Of a stretch of DNA of 39,582 bases, positions 22,661-34,793 are shown piece by piece. A model generated the notes under the pieces. The model had not been told where the DNA came from and did no database searches. It saw only the letters and a program-made list of their open reading frames with translations. Origin of the DNA: Octopus bimaculoides (taxonomy: Eukaryota); NCBI RefSeq assembly GCF_001194135.2, contig NC_068997.1, forward strand, positions 42,960,496-43,000,077, read 5' to 3'. The first letter of the stretch is position 1. The number at the start of each line of letters is the position of its first letter. The position numbers were made by a program, and so were the translations under genes.

Positions 22661-23771
22661 TGCTATATATATAAATATTTTATATACGAGTGTGTGTTTA
22701 TATTATCATGAACTAAAATGCTATTCTATAATATATATATTATAATACATTTATCTTATGAATTATAAACAGACTTTTTAAAAACTCGTACATAGGAGAA
22801 AAATAACAGAACAAAAAAAAAATGAAAAGAGATACGGAAACAAAAAAGGAAAGAAATAAAGAAGGAAGAGAATAGAGGAAAATATTGCGTTGAACCAATT
22901 CCAGGATGGTTGATGAAAACAAACTTCCATGTTTTCAAATATATGACAATGTTGCGTTCATTTTGGATAATTCAGTATTTAAAAGCTTCTTAATTATGTT
23001 TTAAAAGCAATGTCTGTAATCTGGTTGCAAACGTTAGAGAAATATACCCAAGCAAATTCATATAAATGTATGTGTTTATATATATATATATATATATATN
23101 NNNNNNNNNNNNNNNNNNNNNNNNNNNNNNNNNNNNNNNNNNNNNNNNNNNNNNNNNNNNNNNNNNNNNNNNNNNNNNNNNNNNNNNNNNNNNNNNNNNN
23201 NNNNNNNNNNNNNNNNNNNNNNNNNNNNNNNNNNNNNNNNNNNNNNNNNNNNNNNNNNNNNNNNNNNNNNNNNNNNNNNNNNNNNNNNNNNNNNNNNNNN
23301 NNNNNNNNNNNNNNNNNNNNNNNNNNNNNNNNNNNNNNNNNNNNNNNNNNNNNNNNNNNNNNNNNNNNNNNNNNNNNNNNNNNNNNNNNNNNNNNNNNNN
23401 NNNNNNNNNNNNNNNNNNNNNNNNNNNNNNNNNNNNNNNNNNNNNNNNNNNNNNNNNNNNNNNNNNNNNNNNNNNNNNNNNNNNNNNNNNNNNNNNNNNN
23501 NNNNNNNNNNNNNNNNNNNNNNNNNNNNNNNNNNNNNNNNNNNNNNNNNNNNNNNNNNNNNNNNNNNNNNNNNNNNNNNNNNNNNNNNNNNNNNNNNNNN
23601 NNNNNNNNNNNNNNNNNNNNNNNNNNNNNNNNNNNNNNNNNNNNNNNNNNNNNNNNNNNNNNNNNNNNNNNNNNNNNNNNNNNNNNNNNNNNNNNNNNNN
23701 NNNNNNNNNNNNNNNNNNNNNNNNNNNNNNNNNNNNNNNNNNNNNNNNNNNNNNNNNNNNNNNNNNNNNNN

Positions 23772-23806
<35 letters not shown>

Positions 23807-25664
23807 GGTAAAATAGAACAAACTGTTAACAGTTGCTAGGCATGAAGTCAATTTATAGAATATTTATGTAATATCATATCGAAGAGAGAACAAAGATATT
23901 TAAATATAGCAGGAAGAAAGGAAGATATAGAGGGTGAAAGTTCATAGTAATGCAGAGTAAACGGGTAGAGTCCAGGATCAATTCGCGAGGTCCTAAGTGT
24001 TGATATGACCTAGGTAGGTAAGTAATATGCACGATATCATTGGTGAAAAATTTGCGAGTCTGGATAGATGGGTATAACTTATACTTTACAGCTGTTTCTG
24101 GAATAAGTGCATATTAGAGGCAGATCTGTGTATTTTCCCTACATACATAAAAACATTAGGTACATTAGTATAAATCACTGTATATGAAGCAGCACAGTAT
24201 GTAGTATGAGATTCATCCCATATATATACATATATGTATGTGCGTATAGACATATATAAATATACATGCATGCGCGTAGTATTAGGAACAGAGTAGAGTT
24301 TGCTCAATACGTTAGGAGAGTAAATATTTATAATTATATTGAAATTAATGTTCCATTACTGCCAGGATTAGCTAATTGTCAAATACTATTCCAATTGATA
24401 TCGGATGATATACAAAATATGTTTCCAGAACTAGACTTTTTCTTTCCTTGGAGTTAAGTCGTTCAGGATGATACGCTGTAAACTTCGGGTTTGTCTAATT
24501 ATTAATATCCAATATTATATCACATAGAAATATTTCCAATACGAATGGCTTTCTGTTGGCGATTTATACCACATTGTCAATGCATTGTAAACTCCCATTC
24601 ATTGTATTTTTCGATCAATTTATGTATGACAATATGGTACGATAGTTTATTGATTGATATGACAATTATCAACCTATTACTCTTTCAATTTCCTAACACA
24701 ACTGGAGAAAGCTGAAGCATTCTTTTTTTCTCTCTTGTCTAGTTATCTTCAGTAACAATGCAAATCAATGTAACCTGTTTTTGTATAACGCGATTGAGGT
24801 TTTAATCTCAGCTCTTAGATGATGGCGTTAGTTAAGCACTTTATGTCTTCCAGTTCAACAATTAATATCTGCCTCCAAAGGATTACACAAGCTAAACATC
24901 TTCCACCAAAATTTTTATATCATAAGAGTGCCAGTAATTTTGGTACGGCTAATTATATATAAATGTGTGTGTGTGACTGTGTGTGTGTGTTGTGTGTGTG
25001 TGTGAAGTATATTGAATGTGTACATAGTGGGTGCTCATATATGTGATACATTGTGTTTAAACGACTCAATAAACCAAGATTATCATTGTAATGTGAAGAC
25101 AAAGCTCCCTCTATTTGCAGAGAAAATTTACAATGAAACGTCATGACACGTAATTCCAACAATATCAACTAATCCAATTTGGAGGTGAGGTTAGGAGGAG
25201 AGGAGATAAAGAGATACAAGTAGAAGCGTACCTTGTTTTTAAAGCCAACTGGTGAAGGCAACAGGTATGTTTTATCTTGTTAGATCTCATCAGCGAAGCA
25301 TATTCAGCTTTGTTGGTATGATTGAGAGATGATTAGTACGTACATAAAAATAGAGGCAAAGTAGTGACAGCGATTATAAACATCAGATTTTGTCCTCTTT
25401 CCCAAAATGAAAGGTTTCCGCATATTAAATATTCACAGTAGGATTTCACATATGTAAAATAGTGAGGTGAAAACAAATTGATTAATTGAGATTATCATAC
25501 TACGATAATATTCAAATTCATTTGAACATTGTCATTTCAACAGTGTACCATCATAGATTACGTGATACCATTGGAATTATCTGCTTTAATCGTTGTTCTT
25601 AGGTTTTAAACACTCTCTTTACGTCTACACAGGTGTGCTTGCTTATGTGTGTGTAATCCCAGTT

Positions 25665-26075
25665 ATTTTCTATTAGACTGCGGCCATGCTGGGAGCCTCG
25701 CCTTGAAGAGTTTAGTCGGACAAATCGACATCAGTGCTTATTTTTTAATTCTGGCGCTTATTTTATTGGTTTCTTTTGAAGAATCGCTAAGTTACAAGGG
25801 CATAATGAAACCATCACCGATTGTCAAGCGATGGGAAGACAACCACAGATACAAAAACACGCACATACACACAGACGCACAATAACATACATGCATATAG
25901 TAACTCAGGCTTCCACACTGTTTCCGTCTACCAAATTCACTTCTAAGGCATTGGTCGACCTGGGACTATAGCCGAAGATAATTAATGAAAGTGCCAAAGT
26001 GCTGCACAGTGGGATAGAACCCAGATCCACGTGTCTGCAAAGCGAGCTTTTTAACTGCTTGACTGCACTACATGT
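25665..26075 (-). mobile_element. Composite tRNA/CORE-like SINE with internal (CA)n, family 2 (old copy)
   Basis: CTGCGGCCATGCTGGG...TTGTCAAGCG...(CA)n...TTTCCGTCTACCAAATTCAC...CAGTGGGA.AGAACC; homologous to 33190-33469 and 33575-33773. Confidence 0.8.
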
Positions 26076-26243
26076 AAGGGAGTAGTAATATACAGAACAG
26101 TGCAGTGAAGCATTTGCTTCAGCCGGTTTGTTGTCCAGTAACTTGGACAGTCCGAGCTTTCTCCCTCTGCAAGAAATCAATAGCCACTGGAAAGCACTGC
26201 ACCTTCCAGTAGTCACAATATAACTGTTACACTACTTTTGTAT

Positions 26244-26626
26244 GTGGAGGCGCAATGGCCCAGTGGTTAGGGCAGCGGACTCGCGGTCATAGAATCGCGG
26301 TTTCGATTCCAGATCGGGCGTTGTGAGTGTTTATTGAGCGAAAACACCTAAAGCTCCACGAGGCTCCGGCAGGGGATGGCGGCGAACCCTGCTGTACTCT
26401 TCCACCACAACTTTCTCTCACTCTTACTTCCTGTTTCTGTTGTGCCTGTAATTCAAAGGGTCAGCCTTGTCACACTCTGTGTCACGCTGAATATCCCCGA
26501 GAACTACGTTAAGGGTACACGTGTCTGTGGAGTGCTCAGCTACTTGCACGTTAATTTCACGAGCAGGCTGTTCCGTTGATCTGATCAACTGGAACCCTCG
26601 ACGTCGTAAGCGACGGAGTGCCAACA
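26244..26626 (+). mobile_element. tRNA-derived SINE, family 3, with 13-bp TSD
   Basis: A box TGGCCCAGTGG, B box GTTTCGATTCC; perfect direct repeat ACTACTTTTGTAT at 26231-26243 and 26627-26639; near-identical copy at 30808-31191. Confidence 0.95.
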
Positions 26627-26663
26627 ACTACTTTTGTATTGCGTTCTCTCTTTCTTTGGAGTA

Positions 26664-26880
26664 CGGTAATCCCTGGACTGTCGCGGGTTTTACGTTCCAA
26701 AACCCCCCACAGAAATAATTAAAATCTAAAAAGATATAAATACCTATCGGCCGCAGAAACCCGCGATATGAATTTACATATACTAGCCAGAAAAATCAGT
26801 GATGTACTGAATACGCGATAGGTGAACAGCAATGTACTGAGTGCGCGATATATGAACCGCAAATTGGCAAGGGATTACTA
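26664..26880. mobile_element. Tc1/mariner (Tigger/pogo-like) MITE
   Basis: Imperfect TIRs CGGTAATCCCTGGAC..TCGCGG and rc TAGTAATCCCTTGCC..TTGCGG, TA on both flanks; internal 20-bp repeat ATGTACTGA(AT/GT)(A/G)CGCGATA. Confidence 0.7.
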
Positions 26881-27419
26881 TATATTTGTAGCCATATCTA
26901 TAAATGTGTCCGTGCTTGTGTATGCGTGAGCATGTGTGTGTATGTGCATGAGTGTGTGTATGTGTGTCTGTGTGTGTGTGTGTATGCATGAGTGTATGTG
27001 TGTGTGTATGTATGAGTGTGTGTGTGTATGAAAACATGAAGTGAAAGAAATGCTTCAAGCTAAAGCGAACTACATAGAAACATATTTAGATGTGAAAATT
27101 AACAGCGAAATATAGAAAGCGTTTCAACAGACAGACAAATAGATGGATAGATAGATAGATACATGGCGTCATATATATATAACATACGAAACTTATTATT
27201 TTCGAATATAAGTACCGTTAACGAAACGAGAAATGAAAACAGCTATTAGACGGCCGGGATTTGTAGAGTCCACATCAATTATTAACGTATTAAAAGGTAC
27301 GAGATACTTAAATAATTAGTAGCATACAAACAGAAAGCGGTCTCACACCATTCTACATTTTTAATTTAAGGATACAGCAACAACAACGGGAAACTGTCCA
27401 TATAAGATTTCTGTCTGTT

Positions 27420-27463
27420 ATATATATATGAATGTGCGTATGAGTGTATACATACATATACAT

Positions 27464-27513
<50 letters not shown>

Positions 27514-27533
27514 TGTATATAAATATGTTTGTT

Positions 27534-27587
<54 letters not shown>

Positions 27588-27610
27588 CGTGCGTGCGCGC
27601 GCGCGCGTAT
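27420..27610. repeat. (TA)n/(TG)n/(CG)n microsatellite
   Basis: Directly visible. Confidence 0.9.
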
Positions 27611-28408
27611 TGAATCATCCCATACATAATGCGGTTTTTTAATGCTTCTTTTATTTTCAAAATTAAAATAAACGAACTTCTTTTTTAATCTAAAATATAT
27701 TTTCCTTCATTTTCTACNNNNNNNNNNNNNNNNNNNNNNNNNNNNNNNNNNNNNNNNNNNNNNNNNNNNNNNNNNNNNNNNNNNNNNNNNNNNNNNNNNN
27801 NNNNNNNNNNNNNNNNNNNNNNNNNNNNNNNNNNNNNNNNNNNNNNNNNNNNNNNNNNNNNNNNNNNNNNNNNNNNNNNNNNNNNNNNNNNNNNNNNNNN
27901 NNNNNNNNNNNNNNNNNNNNNNNNNNNNNNNNNNNNNNNNNNNNNNNNNNNNNNNNNNNNNNNNNNNNNNNNNNNNNNNNNNNNNNNNNNNNNNNNNNNN
28001 NNNNNNNNNNNNNNNNNNNNNNNNNNNNNNNNNNNNNNNNNNNNNNNNNNNNNNNNNNNNNNNNNNNNNNNNNNNNNNNNNNNNNNNNNNNNNNNNNNNN
28101 NNNNNNNNNNNNNNNNNNNNNNNNNNNNNNNNNNNNNNNNNNNNNNNNNNNNNNNNNNNNNNNNNNNNNNNNNNNNNNNNNNNNNNNNNNNNNNNNNNNN
28201 NNNNNNNNNNNNNNNNNNNNNNNNNNNNNNNNNNNNNNNNNNNNNNNNNNNNNNNNNNNNNNNNNNNNNNNNNNNNNNNNNNNNNNNNNNNNNNNNNNNN
28301 NNNNNNNNNNNNNNNNNNNNNNNNNNNNNNNNNNNNNNNNNNNNNNNNNNNNNNNNNNNNNNNNNNNNNNNNNNNNNNNNNNNNNNNNNNNNNNNNNNNN
28401 NNNNNNNN

Positions 28409-28787
28409 CAGCGACCAAAGCGTTAGTATAGCAATCAAGATCAGGGTACCAGACTGAATATATCAGTATTCGGTGCAAAAAGAGGTTCATTCGTGAGACA
28501 TGACAGCAAAGAAGAGCACACATTCACTCCCTGCGCGCAATTAGACTCGGAAACTTTGTGAGGAACCTACTGGTGGAGGATGCTACCACTAACGCTAATT
28601 TCTAAGCTTCTTTTTGTATTTCGGCTTTGCGAGATTTTTGTAGCCTTGCTTACAATCCACCCCGAGGAGTTAACTATATTTTTCAGTTCGTAATTCTTAG
28701 AATATTACTGAATATAAGACTTGATGGAACAGCGACCAAAGCGTTAGTATAGCAATCAAGATCAGGGTACCAGACTGAATATATCAG
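28409..28787. repeat. 321-bp tandem duplication unit (part mariner-derived)
   Basis: GCGACCAAAG at 28411 and 28732 gives a period of 321; the same unit appears at 29311-29514 and 29991-30113. Confidence 0.9.
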
Positions 28788-28797
28788 NNNNNNNNNN

Positions 28798-29415
28798 CTT
28801 CCATCTATCTGGTAGACGTGCAAGGCCCCTCTTCCAAAATTCACTTGCCCCTGACGAAAATTATTCCTCCAGTACTGTTCTGACCTCGTCTAAAGAATTC
28901 ATACATTTTCCGTTCAAATGATTTCGAAAACTGTGAAACAAATGATAATCAGATGGGGGGATGTCCGGCGAATATGGTGGGTGGGTCATCGTTTCCCATT
29001 CAAACTGCTTCAGACTTTGGAATGTGATTTCGGCGTATGTGGCCGAGCATTATCCTGATAGAAGAGCAAGTTTCATCTTGGTCGTTTTTCTTCTAGCACT
29101 GACTTAAGCCGCTCAAGCTGCTCGCAGTAGATCTCCTTTGTTAACGTTTGGTTTGGGTTTAAAAGATTCATATCTCACTGAACAGATAGCAACACCATAC
29201 GTGGGTGAACACCTTCTTTAATCTGGGATGCCGGTGTTTCTCCTTCCGCTACCCACTGTCTTCGGTGCTTGACATTTTTATAGAGAATCCATTTCTCGTC
29301 ACCAGACACTATTCGGTGCAAAACGAGGTTCATTCGTGAGACATGACAGCAAAGAAGAGCACACATTCACTCCCTGCGCGCAATTAGACTCGGAAACTTT
29401 GTGAGGAACCCACTG
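28798..29415 (-). pseudogene. Mariner (DD34D) transposase remnant
   Basis: WVPHKV (29401-29412), LHRIVSGDEKWILYKNV, HPRMVLLSV, QDNARPH, HPPYSPDI..SDYHLF; frameshifts and stops; N-terminal part and TIRs not seen. Confidence 0.92.
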
Positions 29416-30113
29416 GTGGAGGATGCTACCACTAACGCTAATTTCTAAGCTTCTTTTTGGATTTCGGCTTTGCGAGATTTCTGTAGCCTTGCTTACAATC
29501 CACCCCGAGGAGTTNNNNNNNNNNNNNNNNNNNNNNNNNNNNNNNNNNNNNNNNNNNNNNNNNNNNNNNNNNNNNNNNNNNNNNNNNNNNNNNNNNNNNN
29601 NNNNNNNNNNNNNNNNNNNNNNNNNNNNNNNNNNNNNNNNNNNNNNNNNNNNNNNNNNNNNNNNNNNNNNNNNNNNNNNNNNNNNNNNNNNNNNNNNNNN
29701 NNNNNNNNNNNNNNNNNNNNNNNNNNNNNNNNNNNNNNNNNNNNNNNNNNNNNNNNNNNNNNNNNNNNNNNNNNNNNNNNNNNNNNNNNNNNNNNNNNNN
29801 NNNNNNNNNNNNNNNNNNNNNNNNNNNNNNNNNNNNNNNNNNNNNNNNNNNNNNNNNNNNNNNNNNNNNNNNNNNNNNNNNNNNNNNNNNNNNNNNNNNN
29901 NNNNNNNNNNNNNNNNNNNNNNNNNNNNNNNNNNNNNNNNNNNNNNNNNNNNNNNNNNNNNNNNNNNNNNNNNNNNNNNNNNNNNNNNNAGGAGTTAACT
30001 ATATTTTTCAGTTCGTAATTCTTAGAATATTACTGAATATAAGACTTGATGGAACAGCGACCAAAGCGTTAGTATAGCAATCAAGATCAGGGTACCAGAC
30101 TGAATATATCAGT

Positions 30114-30316
30114 GAATAATAGAAATAATAATAATTTTAGCACAATGCCAGCAATTTAGGGTTAGGGAACAATTTGATTACACCGACTCCAGTGTTCAAC
30201 TGGTACTTGTTTTTTCGAACGCAAAAGGATCAAGGGCAAAGTCAGCCTCGGCGAAATTTGAACTCAGAACATAAGCATTTTTCCGGCGTGCTAACGATTC
30301 TGCCTGCTCGCCGCCT
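30114..30316 (-). mobile_element. SINE family 1 with internal deletion
   Basis: rc head GGCGGCGAGCAGGCAGAATCGTTAGCACGCCGG, GTTCTGAGTTCAAATTTCGCCGAGG; (ATT)n-type tail. Confidence 0.85.
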
Positions 30317-30546
30317 TGCATAAAACTATAAGCAACAGCAAGTAAAATAGTGGGTTAAAAAATCATTCGATAGAAAGCAGTTAACATCGACTTTTTTCAT
30401 CTTAGGGAATTTTATAAATATGTATCATAAAAACTGACACATGCACACACGTACGGATGTACATGTGTATGTATGTATGTATGTATGTATGTACCACCCC
30501 TTCACAATCTCTCATTTTCGCTGCCGAATTCCTTAATCACCCTTAA

Positions 30547-30746
30547 CCATTTAGTATTCAAACTGACCATATCCAGCCCAAATATCCTCCTTGTTTTATG
30601 TTCAGATCAGCCTGAGCCGGCTCTCACACCTAACCTACAATGTCCTCATTGAAATTTCAAGGCTACGAGATAATGTAAGATTAATTATAATCAATGTGAA
30701 TAGATACGCATTACTTTTACATTTAAGTAACCTGAATGCTGAAGAG
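30547..30746. mobile_element. piggyBac-like MITE (TTAA site), degenerate
   Basis: TTAA|CCATTTAGTATTCA ... TGAATGCTGAAGAG|TGAA; 10/14 TIR match; about 200 bp. Confidence 0.55.
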
Positions 30747-30807
30747 TGAATGACAACTGGTGGTCACAGCAATTATGTGTAGTATTTTCCTTGCGGTGTT
30801 ATGTATT

Positions 30808-31191
30808 GTGGAGGCACAATGGCCTAGTGGTTAGGGCAGCGGACTCGCGGTCATCGGATCGCGGTTTCGATTCCCAGACCGGGCGTTGTGAGTGTCTATT
30901 GAGCGAAAACACCTAAAGCTCCACGAGGCTCCGGCAGGGGATGGTGGCGAACCCTGCTGTACTCTTCCACCACAACTTTCTCTCACTCTTACTTCCTGTT
31001 TCTGTTGTACCTGTAATTCAAAGGGTCAGCCTTGTCACACTGTGTCACGCTGAATCTCCCTGAGAACTACGTTAAGGGTACACGTGTCTGTGGAGCGCTC
31101 AGCCACTTGCACGTTAATTTCACGAGCTGGCTGTTCCGTTGATCGGATCAACTGGAACCCTCGACGTCGTAAGCGACGGAGTGCCAACAAC
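30808..31191 (+). mobile_element. tRNA-derived SINE, family 3
   Basis: Colinear and highly similar to 26244-26626; probable TSD TATGTATT (30800-30807) / TATGTCTT (31192-31199). Confidence 0.95.
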
Positions 31192-31424
31192 TATGTCTTA
31201 TTATTATAAGACCGTTGCCCAATGTCCCGACTACAACTTCAAGCTTGTACGTATGATGCCTCTTGGAAATACCTACTTTTTTACTTACAGTCCTTAGTAT
31301 TTCACAAACCTAACGTCTTTCCCGTTTTAAAAAAGCGAATATCCTAATGTATCCCTTTATAAGTCTCTTTTCTCCGTTTCACTATTCCTCTCTCAGTCTT
31401 TCTGTCGGTCTGTCTTTCTCACCC

Positions 31425-31514
31425 CGTCTTTAACTTCCTCTTTCCCCCCTCTCTCTCTCTCTCTCTATCTCTTTCTTCATTCTCAATGTTCACTGATCTC
31501 TCTCTCCCTCCCTA

Positions 31515-31545
<31 letters not shown>

Positions 31546-31552
31546 GTCTCCC
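31425..31552. repeat. (CT)n-rich pyrimidine tract
   Basis: Directly visible. Confidence 0.85.
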
Positions 31553-32039
31553 TCAAACACATGGGTCTTCTATAACTACTGCATTTGTAGTACTTCTATA
31601 TACGGTTAATAATGTTACCGTTATTACTCTCCAGCTATGGATTTTTAATTTCCTATTATATAGATGATCGTTTTGGGATCCATCCCTCATCAGTAGATGA
31701 TTGAAGGCTAAAAATTCAATTTTAGATATGAATTAAAATATATTTTCCCTTAATTTTAAATTTACGCTTTATCCATTCTATGCGAGTGAATATCTTATTG
31801 CAAAGAGAAGGAATACACACACACACACGCACACACAATATGTTTATACGCATGTAGGAAGATGTATTGATATATATATGAAGAAAGATGTAATTATACA
31901 TGTATTTACTTTTGAAGGGAGTGTGTGTGGAGAGTGTATAACCTGCCTGTGTGAAATCATGGTGTTGATTTAAACATATATTGCCTATAAAAACACACGC
32001 ATAAATGTAAATACATACTTATAGACTTGCATACATACG

Positions 32040-32503
32040 CATGTGTGTGTGAATCTATGTGTATTATATATATATATATATATATATNNNNNNNNNNNNN
32101 NNNNNNNNNNNNNNNNNNNNNNNNNNNNNNNNNNNNNNNNNNNNNNNNNNNNNNNNNNNNNNNNNNNNNNNNNNNNNNNNNNNNNNNNNNNNNNNNNNNN
32201 NNNNNNNNNNNNNNNNNNNNNNNNNNNNNNNNNNNNNNNNNNNNNNNNNNNNNNNNNNNNNNNNNNNNNNNNNNNNNNNNNNNNNNNNNNNNNNNNNNNN
32301 NNNNNNNNNNNNNNNNNNNNNNNNNNNNNNNNNNNNNNNNNNNNNNNNNNNNNNNNNNNNNNNNNNNNNNNNNNNNNNNNNNNNNNNNNNNNNNNNNNNN
32401 NNNNNNNNNNNNNNNNNNNNNNNNNNNNNNNNNNNNNNNNNNNNNNNNNNNNNNNNNNNNNNNNNNNNNNNNNNNNNNNNNNNNNNNNNNNNNNNNNNNN
32501 NNN

Positions 32504-32582
<79 letters not shown>

Positions 32583-32845
32583 TGTATGTATATAATCATA
32601 TAGATATATGTGTGTATGTATATGTATATATATATACATATATATACTTATATATGTATTATGTATATGTATATATGTATATATGTATGTATATATATAT
32701 GTTCGTGCATACACACACACATACACGTGCGCACGCACACACTCACGCTGAACAACATAGTTAGGCACAACACACATACTTCCAAAGAATGTGCACATTA
32801 TACAGAGGTTGATGCATGCATACACACACACACACACACACTCAT
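32040..32845. repeat. (TA)n/(TG)n/(CA)n tract with N-gap
   Basis: Directly visible. Confidence 0.9.
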
Positions 32846-33189
32846 GCCGTACATTAACCTTTCCTCTAACACCAACGAACCTACACATAAAATCAACACA
32901 ATCTTGAGATATACTGAAATATTAATTCCTTCTGAGACGCCAAACACATGGTAAATAATCATAAAATATATGAAACGTTATTTAATACTGACGAAAATAA
33001 ACACTCAGAATATATCGAGATACGCGGGTAACTAAGAAGTGTCTTAATCAACATCGTGTTAGCATATTTAATGAGGGGAACATTAAATTGCTATTTAAAA
33101 GTAATTATGCGGCGAGAAAATGACAATCCTCGGCATTGCCTGAAATTCTTTTAAATTGAATGGAATGTCAATCATTATATCTTCTGACC

Positions 33190-33469
33190 TTTATTTTTTT
33201 TTTGTTTCAGTCATTAGTCTGCGGCCATGCTGGGCACAAACACAGGCACAGAGTCACGCTCACTCACTCACACACACACAACACACACACACACATGCTC
33301 ACATATATATGATGGACTTCCTTCAGTTTCCGCCTACCAAATCCACTCACAAGTCTTTGGACGGCCCAAGGCTATAATAGAAGACACCCAACGTACTACG
33401 CAGTGGGACTGAACCCGGAACCATGTGGTTGTGAAGGAAGCTTCTTCCCACTAAACCATGCCTGCGCCT
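33190..33469 (-). mobile_element. SINE family 2 with internal deletion
   Basis: rc head AGGCGCAGGCATGGTTTAGTGGGAAGAAGC...TTCCGGGTTCAGTCCC (A/B boxes). The body jumps from GCCATGCTGGGCAC directly to the (CA)n, lacking the segment present at 25695-25850. Confidence 0.85.
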
Positions 33470-33574
33470 GATGGGTAGTGTGGGTAAAATATTAAAATAC
33501 TTTTGCCAATGTGATCAATACTAGATTATATTATATATTTTTTATCGTTTATACGTTTTGGCCATTTGAATATG

Positions 33575-33773
33575 TCTGGTACTTTATTTCAGTGTTCTCC
33601 TTTGCTGAACAACTAAATTACAGAAGTGCATAGAAACCAACATCCAATTGTCAAGCGGTGGGCAAACGCGCACGCACGCACACACACACACACCTACACA
33701 CGACAGGCTTCCGCACAGTTGTCACCTTACTCACGGGATATTGGTTTGCCCGAGGCGATATTGGAAGACACTT
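33575..33773 (-). mobile_element. SINE family 2, old partial copy
   Basis: CTGGTACTTTATT...TTGTCAAGCGGTGG...(CA)n...CCCGAGGC.ATA.TGGAAGACACTT; head missing at the HINE boundary. Confidence 0.7.
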
Positions 33774-34142
33774 AGATAATAGATAATAACAAGAGCACTC
33801 AGAGAGCGCAAACCTCCGCCAGCGCAACACCAACATCCTCTCAACGATTAACCGGATGTATGTGTGTGCATGTACAAGAGAACCACATGAAACTTTACAT
33901 GTACATGTAAAATAAAGAAAATACAAAAATAATCCAGAATCCTTGTCCGGTACCGATCGATCCCACATCGAGTCTGTTCGAGTCAGTTGTGAATTTTTGT
34001 TGGATTGTTTTACTGTTGACGAAGAGGTGGGTGTTTCATTAAATTTGTTATTTGTGGAAACCTGTATTGGCCTGTTTTTTGAAGACTTTCTTCTTGTGTC
34101 TTGGCCCCGTGTGGGGAGGTTTGCGTTATAGCAAGCTCGAGT

Positions 34143-34793
34143 ATGGAGAGGTTATTAACTGAAGAGGAAGTGGAAAGAAATGTCGAAAAGACATTAATAG
34201 AAACGAGTGAAGAAGAAGACTATATCCCACCGAGACCTGCGACTTCAAGAAGAAATATTGAAGTCGCCAGCTTAATCACAAAAGCTAAGATAGATGAAAA
34301 AAAAATGAGAAAAAACAAACGAGAAAATTAGACTTTGCTGCTGTGGCTGGCACAAAAATTAGACTTTTGGATTTAAAAAATTCGGAGAAACACAAGGAAA
34401 TAATGTCGAAGGAGGGGAATGAAGTTAAGGTAGCCCCTCCAAAAGAAATCCAACAAGATGTTGAAAAGAAAACGATAATTTAAAAAACCTACAAGAAAAA
34501 TAGAATACGTCGTGGAAAGTGAGATAGAAAAATGTTTAAAGCCTATATGGCACCAAGTAAGATATGTTAATAGAGGTAGGCGGTATGCTACCGTCGAAGT
34601 AAGAATGGAGTCGGAGGAAGCGCGGCGCGACTCCATTCGGTCGACCCATTGAGAACAGAAGAGGTGGTGCTTCTGCCCATATATATGGGCAGAAGAACTT
34701 CAAGAGTTATATTAAGTAACTTTCCCCCTGAGGTCGACCCAGAGTGGCTCGTCACGGGAGTTACTATGGGACTAGAAGAAAAAATAACTATTG
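34143..34793 (+). pseudogene. LINE ORF1 remnant (frameshifted, RRM-like region)
   Basis: MERLLTEEEVERNVEK..., KIEYVVESEIEKCLKPIWHQVRYVNRGRRYATVEVRM, EEVVLLPIYMGRRTSRVILSNFPPEVDPEWL; several frameshifts. The ORF1 assignment rests on position and composition. Confidence 0.6.

Noticed and set aside
22870-22970. PGIGST (minus) resembling IRG GTPases and VEPIPGWLMKT (plus) resembling PIH1 motifs
   Set aside because: Short isolated matches without splice sites or flanking similarity.
24300-24660. Possible old RTE-like RT remnant (LIEKYNEW, PKFTA on minus; ISDDI on plus)
   Set aside because: Motifs are fragmentary and fall on opposite strands.
24925-24955. GTGCCAGTAATTTTGGTACGG resembling a Tc1 TIR
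   Set aside because: No matching partner terminus or transposase motif found nearby.
25180-25270. Splice-donor-like CAG|GTATGT at 25264
   Set aside because: No open upstream frame with a plausible acceptor; the motif alone is common.
26244-26320. tRNA-like sequence (also 30808, 33400-33469, 39437)
   Set aside because: A and B boxes are present but there is no proper cloverleaf or acceptor stem, and the sequence continues into a SINE body; these are SINE heads, not tRNA genes.
5573-33377. YIYI/HTHT/VCVC-rich ORFs
   Set aside because: Translations of dinucleotide repeats.
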